Source: Octopus bimaculoides
Taxonomy: Eukaryota
Direction: 5' to 3'
Length of the DNA stretch: 63,490 nucleotides
NCBI RefSeq assembly: GCF_001194135.2
Contig: NC_068993.1
Coordinates: 13,411,827-13,475,316 of the forward strand
Of the stretch, positions 13,930 through 27,573 are shown piece after piece. Every line of letters begins with the position of its first letter. Position 1 is the stretch's first letter. The position numbers were made by a program, and so were the translations under genes. Below the pieces are notes generated by a model that searched no databases, had not been told where the DNA came from, and saw only the letters and a list, made by a program, of their open reading frames with translations.

Positions 13930-14145
13930 ACTGAAACTCAGAACGTAATGAGTTGGAGAAAAAAATACTGCAAGACATCCAAATTTCTTATAGTTCCACT
14001 AATCCAACTCTTCGGAGTGTTACTTGTTTCTTAATCGACCTTGAAAAGATGAAAAGTAAAGTTAGCCTCGGCGTAGCGCAGTAAAACCAGGAAAATGTCT
14101 TGAAAGATTCTGCTTAGCGCCCTTAACGACTCTGCTAATACGCTA
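13930..14145 (-). mobile_element. Family A SINE fragments, degenerate
   Basis: aaactcagaacgtaa, atcgaccttgaaaagatgaaaagtaaagt and ttaacgactctgcta blocks. Confidence 0.6.
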
Positions 14146-15267
14146 ATTAAATGTTAATTGCCGAGTACTCACCTTATACTTCTGTCCTTAAAGTAAACCT
14201 CAGAAAGAATTAGCGTGATGCACTGTGGGAATTACACATACAGTACAGCAAACATTCTTTCAAACAATTACTTTTACCCAGTTCTACAAGGATTACATAG
14301 AATCGAAGTTACGAATAAAAACACTAATCAACGGTACCACTCAGTGTGATCGAACCCGAGATCTAATGATAATAAAAATAATTCCGTATCATTTTGGTCA
14401 TTATATACTAGTGTGACAAGTGTCTGTTATAGAGACATCTGTTTCTGTAAAACGAACAAGAAAAATACTGATGATTGCACTTCAGGTTTCCAGCATCAAT
14501 TCCATGTCCTTTCTGTGAATCTTTCCAAAAGATGACTCAGTAATCACGTGTAGTCAGTGAAGTGGATGCCTCTGATCATGCGACTGAAGTTTCTGATTAC
14601 TGACTTTCGAGGATATATTCCTGGGTTACTCGCTGCCATCTTACCACACTTTCATTTCATATCTACTCTATCAGCTTCTTGTTGAACATTTTGAAAGTAT
14701 ATCAGACTTAACATGACTCATTCTAACTAGCTTTTCAAATAAATCACCACACATTTATCCTGAATTAAATTGGCGTTTTATCATTGAAAGCTCTTTCTAT
14801 ACTTCAGTCTTCCTTTCTTTCTCTCTCTGTCTCTCTCTCTCTCTCTCCTTTTCACTCCTACTCTTTTTTTTTTTCTTTTGTTATCATCTCTCATTATCTA
14901 TCCCGATTTTGTTTCAGTGTCTCCTTCTCTCTTGCTCTCTCTCTCTCGACTGATTATCTCGATTTGCACAAGACAATTCGAAGCTACTACATGTTCATTA
15001 TATACTTGGTGTAAACTTTAATAACAAAATTAAATTTTTAATTAAAATATAGTATATGTATTGAAAAACTAAATTCATCACAAAATGGCATAAATATTCA
15101 AAAAACATAACCTAAAGCATCATTTATTTTACGCTCGCTCCAATCAATGGACACATTTTCAAATCTACAAATACATAAGTTGTAAAGATTCTCTATTATA
15201 AAGAAGTACTACAAGAGATTTCTATTGATGCTTGTTGCATTAGAAGCTGACTGTAAGCGAGAATGTA

Positions 15268-15314
<47 letters not shown>

Positions 15315-15947
15315 TTACATATATATATACATAATATATATACATATACATACATATGTATATATACATATATGTACATGTAGAGATATAAATAAATNNN
15401 NNNNNNNNNNNNNNNNNNNNNNNNNNNNNNNNNNNNNNNNNNNNNNNNNNNNNNNNNNNNNATATATATATACATACATATAAACACACGTATGTGTATG
15501 CATGTATACGAGCACACATCTATTAAGATTACTTTGAAGGAAGATAACATAATTGATCAGAACTTTTGTAGAAGAATTGAATTTTAAAACACGCACGTAT
15601 CCCCCGGCTTGCATGCGGCATGCATACACACACACACACACACACACACAAATATACAAACAAAATCTCGTGTTGATCCCACATAAAAGATATTGTCAAA
15701 ACTGCACCAGAAATATCCAAGGTTCCTCTTTAGAGCAGAATCATGCTTCGAGCCTCGTGGTTACTCTTCCTATTAAGGAAGAAGGTAGAACACCCATACT
15801 GAAATGCTGTTCAGACTCTTATATGCGACAGTCTTGTTACAGGCTGTTCAAGCCATTACCTCCCAACATTTTATTCGACCACGTCATCTAAATTGAAGGA
15901 ACATCAGACTCATTTGGTAAAATGATGGTTAGTATTTGTAACAGTCT

Positions 15948-16158
15948 GAAGGCGACCACCTGGCAGAATCGTTACGTTTCGTCCGTCGTTACATTCTGAG
16001 CTCAAATGCCGCCGGTGTCGACTTCACTTTTCATCCTTTTGTTGGGCTCGATAAAATATGTACCAGTCGATCACTGGGGATCAATGTAATCGACATAACC
16101 CCCCCACTCCACCCACCCCTAAATTGCTGGCTTTGTGCCCAGATTTTAAACTAATATT
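15948..16158 (+). mobile_element. Family A tRNA-SINE with internal deletion in head
   Basis: aaggcgaccacctggcagaatcgtta, ttctgagctcaaat, ttttcatcct, gataaaatatgtaccag, ttgtgcc. Confidence 0.85.
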
Positions 16159-17063
16159 TCTAAGAGGTTGATCGAACACGCATAGAATTTTACACTTTTT
16201 TGTCCCCATATTCTGGCTGTACATCCCACAAGTGTGAAAAAGGCGGAGAGACATCATGAAACTGTCACTCCTCCTACGACAAACTTGTTAGCAAGGCTTC
16301 GGGTTTCTAAACATGTACTTAATCGCATGTATTTATTTTAATAGAATTACGCACTGTTGAGTCGTCACGTTCATTGAAACAATGCTTGAAACACACCCAT
16401 TTAAATCTGCAGCATAGATTATGTAAATGATTTATTTATATATACATATCCATACAAGCATGTAAACACACACACACACACACACACAAACAAACACACA
16501 TATGTAATGCAAATATACATACAGGCTACGTATATATAAACATATATTTAAATACACGTACAAACATATGCATGTGTATATGTATATTTATACACACACA
16601 TTTATGAAGCTAGATAGATAGACTATATCTATTCACTATTATGTCTATATATACAGTAAAGCGTAACGTAAGCACATTATGGCTAGAACAAAGGAACTGT
16701 TAAACAATGGACGTCATCGAGTTTAACTGAAGCCTATGTTTAAACTAGATTTATCGGTAGTCTGAGCTTCCTAGTGTGCTCTTGGTGTGAATGGTTGTCA
16801 TTCTTATTAAATAGCTATATGAAAACATAGCTCGGCATGATTTTCACAACAGAACAATGGATGTAGCAAACAAACCACAACGCCGACTAGGCAGAATAAA
16901 CTAGCATATAAACTTTGACAATCGTCGAACAAATATTTCGATGACGACGACGACGAGAACAATAACAGCAACGACAACGATGACGATTATGATGATAATG
17001 ATGGCTTCTACAGTGGAGATTGCGAATACCTAGAATCAAAATATTTCTAGTCAAGATCGGCGC

Positions 17064-17104
<41 letters not shown>

Positions 17105-17423
17105 GTAGGGGTTTCAATAGGACTTGTTTCCGTAACCCTATGTGACCACCTTCGTTGTTCAAGACGACACATTATTTGCAGGAAATTCCGGCTGTAGTTT
17201 TTAGCATATAGAAGTTCATTCACTTACTCTTGATAATATCCAATTCTAAATATGAGTCACCATATTCTTGGTGTTGGGATTGCAATCCTCCACGTTGTTA
17301 TTATTTTTGATATCCTCCCTCTCCGTTCCTCATATATATATATAGATATCAGATATCACACTACAGATGACTGTTACGATTTTAGAGTGACTTCTAATTT
17401 ATCAGTTCGATGTTAATAGAAAT

Positions 17424-18500
17424 AAACAGAATCGTTAGAGCATCAGAAAACTGAGTTCTCGCGTCTGATCGGAACCTGTACATTCTGAGTTCAAACCCAG
17501 CCGGTCAACTTTGTTTATCATCCTTTCGATTTCGATAAAATAAAGTACTAGCTAAGTACTAGGATCACTATCATTGGCTTATCTTTTCCTCTTAAAATTG
17601 CTGGCATTGTGCCAACATTTGAAAAAAAATTAAGAAAATGGCAATCTGTCAGTGTCTGAGTTCAAACCCGTCGAGATCAACTTTGCTTTCACCGTTTTAG
17701 AGTCGATAACATTAATTACTCAATAAATTGCTGATATTGTGCCAAGAACTTGAAAAATGATTATTAGTGTTATTATTATCATTATCAATAATAATAATAA
17801 TAATGATAATAATAATAATAATAATAATGATAAGGTGAGCTGGCAGAAACGTTACCACGACGGGTGAAATGCTTAGCAGTATTTCGTCAATCGTTACATT
17901 CTGTGTTCAAATTCCGCTGAGGTGGACTTTGCCTTTCATCCTTTCGGGGTTGATTAAATAAGTACCAGTTGTACTCTGGGGTCGATGTAATCGACTCATC
18001 CCCTCCATCAAAATTGCTGCCCTTGTGGCAAAATCTCAAACCATTATTGTCGTTATCATTAAGGCAGCGACATGGCAGAATCGTTAGTTCGCCGGACAAA
18101 ATACCTAGTGACCTTTCGTCCGTCTTTACCTTTTGAGTTCAAATTCTGTCGAGATGGTCTTTACCTTTCACCCACCCGGGGTCGATAAAACAAGTACCAA
18201 TTGTACACTGGATTCCTTATTATCGATTTACCCCCACCTCCGAAACTAACTGGCCCTGTGCCAAAATTTGATATCATTATTATTACTAAGTCGGTGAGCT
18301 GGCAGAATCGTTAGCGCGCCGGCCAAATGCTTAGCAGCCTTTTGTCCGTCGCCACGTTCTGAGTTCAAATTCCACCGAGGTCCACTTTAGGTTTCATCCT
18401 TTCGGTGTCAATAAATTAAGTACCAGTTGAGTATTTGGGTCGATGTGTTCCCTCAAAATTTCACAACTTGTGTCTATAGTATATGGGGTTTATCATCATT
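17424..18500 (+). mobile_element. Train of 5 head-to-tail family A SINEs (17424-17630, 17652-17765, 17831-18046, 18060-18280, 18287-18500)
   Basis: Repeated A-box (gagctggcagaatcgttag, absent in the second, 5'-truncated copy), B-box (tgagttcaaattc), central domain and 3' ttgtgcc, with (ATT/AAT)n or A-rich spacers. Confidence 0.9.
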
Positions 18501-19779
18501 ATTGTTATTAATAAATGTTTTATATTTAACCTCATAATTCTCCTGTATTCAGTGACGCGGCACGTATCCTATGATGTCTTACCTAGTTTTCTAATTCATG
18601 GATTTATGATTAGGTATTTTATATTTATGTTAATGCTTTATAGCATATTCATATTTAGATTCGTGCCTACTCATCTAAGCAATATTTGTGAAGCATATTA
18701 AAACTGAAACACATATTACACACAGGTATATACAAACACACACTTGCAAATACTACCAAATGCGTATCTCCTTCATTCTCTATGTACGTATGTTATATCT
18801 TCCTGTCAGATAATGCAATCTAAAGGGAGATAATCATTGTGTGTTGTAACCGAAGGTATATGTTTTTTTTTATCATTAATCCAGTTGTTGAACTACTTTC
18901 AGAGAGAAATTAGAAAGTGTGCGGTTTGGGCGGAGTAGCATTAAACAATTTATTTTACACATGTACGCCCACGCAAACATATATGGATATGGATGCAAAA
19001 TGTAAATGCATGCACACAAAGACACACACGCACACATACACACTCACTCTCATGCGTACAATATTCTTTTGAGATTTAAAACTCCCCAAACACGTATATG
19101 TACACATACATAAATTCATCCATTTTTCATAGACGATCATATTGAATGGCTGTATGAAAGCTAATGAAGCGGGAATTATCTAATTTCTAAAGATATTTAC
19201 ACAATTTCACGTAAAAACACAGAAATAATCACGCAAAAACACACAGTCGCACAGATACAAACACATGCAGGTAATTTACCGCACAGAAGCAGATTCATAT
19301 GGTACCTCGTAAAGTAAAACAAACACATTTTCCTTTTGTGACTCAGTATGTGAGATATGGCATACACTCCATACATACATACACACACACATACATTTGG
19401 GCATGTGTATGTTCGTGTACATATGTGAGACGTGTGTATTTCTTACTGCAAATTTTTAACCTATTAACAAGCTTGTGGCCGTATATGTATGCGCAAGTTT
19501 ATGTTTACACTTGCGTGTGTATCTTATAATATATATTTAGAAATGCACTGAGGCCCTATAGTTAACGAAATAACGAATGAATGAATGTGGTGGGTTGGCG
19601 TCTCTGTGAGAAGTTGTCTAATGACCTCAATTGCAGAGGTAACATTTATTAATTTTTTTTTTTCATTTTTTTATATCATACCAAAACTTTCATTCTAAAT
19701 CGATTACTTTGTTATTGACTGAATTACAACTAGATAAAATAAATAAATAAATAAATATTAAAATTAATAACTATTATAT

Positions 19780-19876
19780 TTTCAAATTTTTGGCACAAAG
19801 CTAGAAGTTTTGAGGGGAGGGGAAATTCGATTACATTGACCTCAGTGCTCAACTGGTATTTATTTTATCGACCTTC
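19780..19876 (-). mobile_element. Family A SINE, 3' half
   Basis: tttcaaatttttggcacaa...cgattacattgacctcagtgctcaactggtatttattttatcgacc. Confidence 0.8.
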
Positions 19877-20073
19877 ATAGGCATTTTGTTATATTGTTTA
19901 ATGTATAGCGCTTTCTTCTTATTCCTTTTAGAGAAATAATCTCGGTTTACATTTTATGGCACATTTTACATAACTCGAGATTTTAGGGTGTGATTTCGTG
20001 AGGTTTCGCAGTTAACACGAGCAGGTTAAGCTGTCATACAAAACTACATGTTATTTATTTATTGTTCCTTATG

Positions 20074-20407
20074 TTCTAGTCATTTGACTACGGTCATGCT
20101 GGAGCGCCGCGTTACAGCGTTGTAGTCGAACAAATCGACCCCAGGATTTATTCTTTGTAAGCCTAGTATTTATCGTTCTATCTTGCTGAACCGCTAATTT
20201 ACGGGGACGTAAACACACCAACAATGGTTGTCAAGTGATGGTGGTGGGACAAACGCTGGGATTTTTCAGTTTCCGTCTACCAAATCCACGCAGAAGCTTT
20301 GGTCGGCCGGAGGCTCTGGTAAAAGACACTTACCCAAAGTGCCATGCAGTGGGACTGAACCCAGAACCATATACTTGGGAAGCAAACTTCTTACCACAGC
20401 CAATGCC
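20074..20407 (-). mobile_element. Family B CORE-type tRNA-SINE (OR1/OR2-like octopus SINE, from memory)
   Basis: Reverse of the head ggttcagtcccactgc and CORE-like ccttgggcaagtgtctt, plus body (gacaacc..ggtgtgtttacgtccccgtaa, gcggttc) and tail (ctccagcatg..gtcaaatgact). Confidence 0.9.
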
Positions 20408-20779
20408 TTTATTTATGTTGTTATAATTGTTATTAGCACCAGGCCATAGCCAACAGAAGGTCTACGACCAAATTCATTACATACTATTTTGTATCCATAT
20501 ATAATTAATCTTGGACTTCATTAACCTTCCTATTTTGAATACGACACTGCGTGCTTTGAGCAAAGTTCTGCCATTTCTTTCTATGGCCCATCAAACGAAC
20601 AAATTGTTGTTCCTTAAGCTGATCACATGATTTATATTGATAGATATGAGCATATAGGTATTATTTCTAGCAAGCTACTGAACCTCTACAAGCAGGCTTT
20701 TTTAATTAAATGTATTACCAATATATGTAAGTAGATTTCATGTCTAATGCTGATTTCCTTTTTTGTTTTCTTATTACAG

Positions 20780-20950
20780 TTCCCAGTGTGCCTGTACCAT
20801 GTCCGTTTCAAGGTAGTTACTTCTTCCGCTACATGAACGGAAGTGTGAACTGCAGCAAACCGTTTTCGCAGATGCGAGAATGTGCAGATAACTCGCGATT
20901 TAAATTCCATTTTAGAAAATGTAATGGAAATCCGGAAACAACAGAAAAAG
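20780..20950 (+). CDS. Internal coding exon A of a Cys-rich DUF7042/DUF7043-like protein (xPSVPVPCPFQGSYFFRYMNGSVNCSKPFSQMRECADNSRFKFHFRKCNGNPETTEK)
   Basis: Polypyrimidine acceptor ttttgttttcttattacag|, donor AAAG|gtaac, 171 nt, phase 1 to 1. Non-repetitive sequence with 4 Cys. The P-x-P-C-P-F-x-G-x-Y-x-F-x-Y motif matches my recollection of DUF7042-type domains (not searched). Confidence 0.9.
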
Positions 20951-21217
20951 GTAACAACCTGTTATTTGCACAGAAAAGCAAACGTTCATACATACATCCA
21001 CTAACACAAAGACACATACACATCACATGCATTCTCTTTATGTAATTCATTTCTTGTTTCTCACTCTACACCCTCTCCCGACTATATACATGTGTGTGTG
21101 AGTGTGTCTGCTGCAATGGATTCAGGCATCGCCAATTTTCGTGTTTTTGCAGACGATACATACATTCTCCCCTATCTATCTATACACACACACACACACA
21201 CACACACNNNNNNNNNN

Positions 21218-21274
<57 letters not shown>

Positions 21275-21966
21275 TATATATACACACATATATATATGCA
21301 CACACATACATGTACACGAACACACACTAACACGTGTACACATACACACCAGTACACAACCACACATGTATAAAATTTGTTTTTGTCTATGTCTGTGTGC
21401 ATGTGCATATATGCTCCATCAGAATTGCAAACAATCGTTATATGGGATAAAATTTAATCAGAAAAAAGAAAATACACAAAAGCATTAGAAGCCATTGCCT
21501 ATTCGCTGTGGAACTGAAGAAACCAGCCAGACTATTATCTTTTTCTCTTCTTACTGCTGAACGTGTAAATGTGAATAAATTTGTAGAAAACCTTTCTATG
21601 CGCCATTATTTGGAAACATTCGAAATTTTCAACGGTACCCAAATTAATTAGAAGAGAATCTTTCATACATTTTCTGGCACTATTATTTTCCTTTTCTACC
21701 TCCCGTTTTCCAAGAAGAGGTATACCATTAAGTCAGCAATCACATATACCCTTGTACAAGTCATTAAATCGACGAGTTCTATGGCATCATTCGTGCCAAC
21801 ATCGGTATAAAAATTCAGCAGATCTCTTCCTAAGCACATTCAAATGAAAGTTAGCTCACACGTGTGCATGTGTCTATACATCACTCCCTTACTCTGTGTG
21901 TGTGTGTGCATATCTATATCTATATATATATATATATATATATATGCATGTATGCGTGTGTATGGG

Positions 21967-22005
<39 letters not shown>

Positions 22006-22744
22006 GTATGCGTGTGCATATATATAAATCTGTGTTCGTATGGAGGTAGGTTCTATGTATGTAAGAGTATTGGTATATATATATCGACGAATGCGTCACG
22101 TATGTACATGTGTGTGTGTGTGTATATGCACACAACCACACACATATATATATATACACATATATACACACACACATATACACACATACATATATATATA
22201 CACACATATATATATATACATATACACACACACGCACATACACACACACACACACATATACATACACACACTCACACATACACACACGAAGATTTGTCTT
22301 CGTGCATACACCTCCACATTACTCAGCTATACGTTACGGACACATCGATCTACGCAATTTACTCATCGAAGAGAGACACTAACGTTCTTTTCTTAAATAT
22401 AAAGTTATTGTAAAAATATAAATAAATAAATAAATAAATACAAACAGCAAAAATTATATGAAAACCAAACTAGTCGTTTTGGTTTAGTCTTCATGCTATA
22501 AATTATTTACATTACTATTCTCAGAATATAGACAATTATTTAATGCTGTTTATTTTTTCAATAAAACCAATTTTACTTTAGGAATATATACGCTGAGAAT
22601 TATTTTTAATGAGGAAATATTTTCGTTCGCTCAGAAAACAGCTAATTCGCTACCCAGAAAAAAAAAAAGATGCTAAACAGTATAAAAATAAATAAAAGAA
22701 CTATGCACATGTACGCATTTATACAAACAATATATATATATATA

Positions 22745-22946
22745 GTTTTACTTGTGTAAGTCATTTGACTGCGGCCATGCTGGAGCACCGCGTTTAGTTA
22801 AGCAAATTGACCCCAGGACTTATTCTTTGGATGCCTAGTACTTATTCTATCGGTCTCTTTTTGCCGAACCGCTAAGTTACGGGGACGTAAACGCACCAGC
22901 ATCGGTTGTCAAGCGATGTTGGGGGGACAAACACAGACACACAAAC
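22745..22946 (-). mobile_element. Family B SINE, 5'-truncated
   Basis: Near-consensus 3' half, ending in a (TA/CA) tract. Confidence 0.9.
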
Positions 22947-23056
22947 ATATATATATATATTCCTTTCGTCATTATTAAAACTTCCTCGTTCAGGTTAAAA
23001 TGGTCATATATTTTTTAGAACTAACTTGAGGTTTCCTAGGCTAGTCATAGAAGCCT

Positions 23057-23157
23057 AGCGGTAAGTACTGCGGTCGATTTGTCTTACTTAACCGTTCTAG
23101 GCGGTGCCCCAGCATGGCTACAGTCCACTATTTACAGCGAGTAAAAGATAAAAGAGA
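23057..23157 (+). mobile_element. Family B SINE, 3' fragment
   Basis: ggtcgatttg...aggcggtgccccagcatggctacagtc...gtaaaagataaaag. Confidence 0.7.
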
Positions 23158-24449
23158 TCTTATTGTTCTTAGCGTCTATATTTATAAGATGAAGACAAAA
23201 GCATAAGATATTATAATATCAGTACCAATTTTAAACATCTCAAGAGGAATTATCTGTAATCTGTAACTATTAAAATACTTCACAGATATATTTGAAGTTG
23301 GACAGGATGTTTTATTTCAATTAGCTACGTTGCTGTTATGGAGCTCATACTCGATATTAGAGAATTATATGAGAATTAATTAAAATATACAACATATGTT
23401 AAAGACACCACTTCTGTCATTATTCAATTATGTAAAAATAAATATGATATTGAGGCGATTGTGGCGTTTCTTAAGCATGAAATAGAATAGCAACAGACAG
23501 ATATTGAAAAATATATCTTCTAATTCGAGCGATTAATGTGATTACTTTATTCACGTCACAGTTTTTCCCAGCCATAACAAATGATTTGTTTGAGTCTGTT
23601 CACTTTTAAATGTAGAGGAAACAGATCAATGAACCACAGTGTATTGCTGGTACTATTCTTCATGATCAGCGGGAAAAAAGCAGGCCACTGAAACACGAAC
23701 TTAGATCAGAAAGTTAAGAAAAAACTGTTTTGTCCAGCCGTTAGTGTAACCCTATTAGTCATCGCTTCAGTCCTACTTTGTACTGTATGGGACATTGAAA
23801 ACCACTCTTTGTATGCATCGATCTTACGCACCTAATACAACACAACCACACGTACACACATTCAGACACACGGCGAGGACAAAGATACCTCTTATACAAT
23901 GCAATCATTGAAATAATACACTTGGTATTCGTATGACATGTACACATCATGCAAACATACAAAATCAAGCATAAGTTACATGCACATGCCATTATCATAC
24001 GTTAATGCATCTTTTCTACGATAATGATAGTTTCCGGAGAGGTGGCTAAAAAATTAATCATGCGTGAACACGTGGCGAATTCATTACATTGCCAGAACTC
24101 GACGCCTTCATTTTCTAGCAAAGCATTGAAATGAAGGCTTCCAAAGAAGTTATATTCAACGTATATATCAACAATGTTTCGTTTAACATTTCCTTGTGTC
24201 GGTAGTTGTTAGTGGCTATACGCATCATATAGGATGCATCGAAACTGCTCAATATTTCTTCTGGATCCAAACTTAGGCGGCTGGAAGCAATTTACATTTC
24301 TTATTCGCAATATTTTCCTCACATTTCGGTACCAAAACTAATATTCTCATTTCATGTAAAAACCAGAAAAATTAGATGATCACAAACTTCATATTTCAAA
24401 GCCTAATAATAATGAAAATTTGTTCTACTACATACACCAAGCATGAACA

Positions 24450-24638
24450 TTTCTCAAGGGATTGGGGAGGGGGCTAGTCGATTTCACCGAGGTTTGTGTC
24501 CTGTTGCTATTTATATTATCGACTCCGAAATGAAAGGGAGTGTAGACCTCGGTGGAATTTGAACTCAGAACGTAAAGACAGACGAAATGCCGCTACTCGT
24601 TTTGTTCGCGTTCCTAACGATTCAGCTAGCTAGCCGAC

Positions 24639-24640
<2 letters not shown>
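24450..24640 (-). mobile_element. Family A SINE followed by a long (AAT)n tract
   Basis: ggggagggggctagtcgat, ttatcgactccgaaa, ggaatttgaactcagaacgtaaagacagacgaaatgccgcta. (AAT)n at 24641-24688. Confidence 0.85.
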
Positions 24641-24689
<49 letters not shown>

Positions 24690-25375
24690 TTTTTTATAAT
24701 AAATGCAAAAGGACTGAAATTTTGCGGGACTGGGGTTATTCTATAACAAAAGTAGATAATAAATATGTCTATTTATTATTCACGCGCACACACACACACG
24801 TAAATATATAGGCAGCGGTGCCCATCAATACACGTGTGTGTGTGCGTGTATGTGTTTATAATTTAATGAATTTCAAAAGGACAGGTTCTACGTATTCACG
24901 TTATTTGTCTTACGCTTGTTTTCGCTATAAAAAGCATTGAATTCAAATCTATTGTAGTTTCCACGGTGCCATCTAAGTATGAGGTACACGTAATTAGACA
25001 TCGATAGCCTTAAAAGACATCTCACTTTCTATTAGTGACATGCCGAACGAAATAATAGCCAAGGGGATAGTACACGTGGTGTTAGTAACCAACAGGATAG
25101 CAGGAATTGTCCAAAGCCTCCGGTATTTAAATGCTACAAGCAAGGTCGCATCCTGTAATGTGCTCATAGATAGAATTCAGCCGAAAAAGAATTCAGAAAT
25201 TGGTTGAAGGACAACAACATTCACGACAATTATCGTGTTACTTACAACCACAAAGATAAGGTGAATAAATCGTTTGATCAGTTACTCTGAAAAAGTGAAA
25301 CAACAGATGATCTGTTACAAATATGCATGTCATTGAAGTTAGACATCGTACTACACGGGGAGAGCAAATATAGCA

Positions 25376-25441
<66 letters not shown>

Positions 25442-25662
25442 TACCGTTTACTCAACCACTGAAGTAAGATAAATATGTCTTCTCTTCTCTGCTTATCTTG
25501 CTATCTATCTCACGCGAATATATGCAAGTATTGTACTGAAACAAATATAAAAATTCACATATATGACAAGCATAATTAACTATATCCGTATATGCTTACA
25601 CGCACGCAGGCACACATATATACGAATGAATATCTATGTGTGTATAGATATATGTGCGTGTC

Positions 25663-25724
<62 letters not shown>

Positions 25725-25885
25725 CCTACATGTGTGTGCGTACATTATACACACACACATAGTTGTTGTTTCGTTATTTAGTTCATGCGATGTACCTTGT
25801 TGCTGTGCTTGAAGGTCATTAATGTATGTTATTTTACGATGTGCTTTAGATTTTCATACATTTTTCAATCATTGTCTTCTTTCAG

Positions 25886-25992
25886 TGCTTGACTTCCAGT
25901 GCTTAGCAACCTGGAACAATGGAGATAAAATGTTATATGGAAAGTTTACCGGAGATTCATTGAGTGCTGATCAAAACATGTATCGTTGTATG
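25886..25992 (+). CDS. Internal coding exon B (VLDFQCLATWNNGDKMLYGKFTGDSLSADQNMYRCM)
   Basis: Acceptor attgtcttctttcag|, donor ATG|gtaagt, 107 nt, phase 1 to 0. G from exon A plus TG gives Val in frame. CLATW and YRC motifs as recalled for this family (CLAxW...YRCF). Confidence 0.9.
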
Positions 25993-26635
25993 GTAAGTAA
26001 GAATAGATACACCTCTTCACATGACATCTCATTCTTTCTTTGTCATTCGACTCTGTCTTTCTGTTTCTCTTTTCTCTTGCCATTTATCATCTTTTGCTCT
26101 CTGCATCTTGCTCACTCTCATTCTGCTTCTATATTTCCCTCTCTTTGTCAGTTATTGATCGTTTATATATGCCTTCGTGAAAAATAGATATATAATCAGA
26201 GGGAGAGAGAGAGAGGGGTGGAAAGAAAGAGATCGAGATGCAGAATTATACATGTAACCATGTCATATCAAATCATAGAAATGATAAAGCTCACATATAC
26301 TCTCTCTCTCTCTCTCATACACACGCCGTGCTTATATACTTAGTTTCGTCCATTTTGTTGAATGTTGCCTGATTGTGCATGTGTTTTCACGTGTCTACAT
26401 ACGTTAGTGAATATGTGTGAATTTTATGTGAGTGTGCGTGTGTGCATGTGTGCGTGGAAATACATAAAAACACATGCATAGAAATATATGCTTATATGTG
26501 AATAGATGCATACATACATTTGGGTTTGAATGCATATATATATATGTTTGTGTGTGTGTATATATACACATATTATTTCTGTATATATATGTATAATTAT
26601 ATATATATGTGTGTGTGTGTGTGTATATACATACA

Positions 26636-26670
<35 letters not shown>

Positions 26671-27206
26671 GAGAGTAAGGCTAGCAAATAAGTGAATGAA
26701 ACATTATCCAGGTAATTACTTGATTGTAATTAAACCGTGATAACAACGCAGGTGTGTTTGTTTAATATGTGTTGTGTTTCCCTTCCCTTTCAATTTTGCT
26801 TTCATGATGTTATTGTTGCCGAGTTCCGTGCTAGTCGTGATTGAGCTGAACTATATCTTAAAAGCGTTCCTTTCTTGACCATCCTTCCTGTTTTCGCATC
26901 GTATCCCACATTGTTTAAGGCATCATTCCTTTTCGTAAGGCAATGGGACATGTAGTTTTGAGAGAATTTAGTGGTTATTTTTGCAGGTCGAACGATTATG
27001 CAGAGACAAGTTCTGAGACACGATCATGTATCCATGTGCCTCAGTTAATATAGATTTAAATATTCTTTTATGCCAGTGTTTTTTACACACTAATGTATTG
27101 TGAAGACTGTCATGATTAATAACAGACGTTCGTTTCCACCTAAACCTGTATAAGACCAAGTCGAAGAAGCAAGAATTACAGGGGTGTAATTATTAGTTTC
27201 TACTTA

Positions 27207-27400
27207 TTAAGGAAAGCGGTGACCTTGCAGAATCGTTAGCCGTCGGATAAACTGCTCAGCAGAATTTCTTCTGGTTCTATATGTTCTGAGTTCAAATGAC
27301 ACCTAGATACACTTTAGCTTTCATCATTTTATATAAAATAGTAAATACACAAGTCGATAACATCCATTGTCCACTCCTCCCTAACTTTCTGTGAAATTGA
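27207..27400 (+). mobile_element. Family A SINE, degenerate
   Basis: aaagcggtgaccttgcagaatcgttagc, gttctgagttcaaat, ctttcatc. Confidence 0.75.
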
Positions 27401-27573
27401 TATTCTTAAATTTGTCTACTTTAAGTTTGTCTAGATATGTTTCAGATTCAATTGGTAGGTTAACGACTAAATCTCGCTGAGTATTTTCATTGTGCTCTCG
27501 CTTCTTTACTCGTTAACATTTTGAATTCTGCGCTTGTCATATTTAAATGAAATGTTAGCAAATCCATGAAAAT

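Noticed and set aside
14486-14543. Acceptor followed by FPASIPCPFCESF, echoing the PCPF motif
   Set aside because: In-frame stop after 18 codons and no donor.
17424-18500. Repeat-spacer-like array suggestive of CRISPR
   Set aside because: Units are ~200-bp tRNA-SINEs with Pol III boxes in eukaryotic DNA. No short identical repeats and no cas genes.
18810-18855. Exon-like segment (cctgtcag| ... GAAG|gtatat)
   Set aside because: Stops in all three frames.
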